Source of the DNA: Oikopleura dioica
Lineage: Eukaryota; Animalia; Chordata
DNA: 64,000 nt
Direction: 5' to 3'
Assembly (NCBI GenBank): GCA_907165135.1
Contig: OU015570.1
Location: forward strand, 1 to 64,000
In this document: positions 63,857-64,000 of the stretch, in pieces
How the letters are laid out: every line of letters starts with the position of its first letter
Numbering within the stretch: the first letter of the stretch is position 1
Program-made: the position numbers and the translations under genes
Notes under the pieces: generated by a model
What the model saw: only the letters and a program-made list of their open reading frames with translations
Databases searched by the model: none
Told to the model about the DNA's origin: nothing

Positions 63857-64000
63857 TGCCTGGACACCCTTCGAATGCCTGGATTTTCCAACGCTCTTAA
63901 GTTGGAAAATTTACGATCAAACTAGGATGACAGTGGGAAAAAAATGATGAATGAAAATGCATAAAAAGAATTTTTTCCAAAACTCTAAAAATGCATCTGA

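Overview
Gene-free, AT-rich eukaryotic chromosome end. It begins with a (TAACCC)n telomere and is otherwise almost entirely transposable elements and rearranged repeats. A 40-nt intron, a TTAGGG telomere and the TE content are compatible with a compact invertebrate genome such as the larvacean Oikopleura, but this is inference only. Positions 104-11770 hold one minus-strand Ty3/gypsy LTR retrotransposon with a CCCH-finger Gag. It is cut off by the telomere about 210 bp after integrase and split by at least four insertions. One is a 4.5-kb TA-TSD element inserted immediately after the RT YVDD motif and carrying a 55-bp hairpin satellite. Another is a 541-bp miniature LTR element (TRIM) whose two LTRs each contain a tRNA-shaped Pol III cassette, an apparent tRNA analogue of the 5S-bearing plant Cassandra elements. 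This TRIM is the most interesting object in the window. Positions 12-50 kb are a mosaic of MITEs (TTAA, TA, 8-bp and 9-bp TSDs) and a ~1.1-kb module repeated six times in alternating orientation, forming three consecutive palindromes. Positions 50.9-60.1 kb are nested: a hAT-like element contains a piggyBac, which contains two independently inserted, oppositely oriented hAT MITEs. Positions 60.2-63.9 kb are a second decayed gypsy element. All analysis was by eye; boundaries described as approximate may be off by tens of bases.
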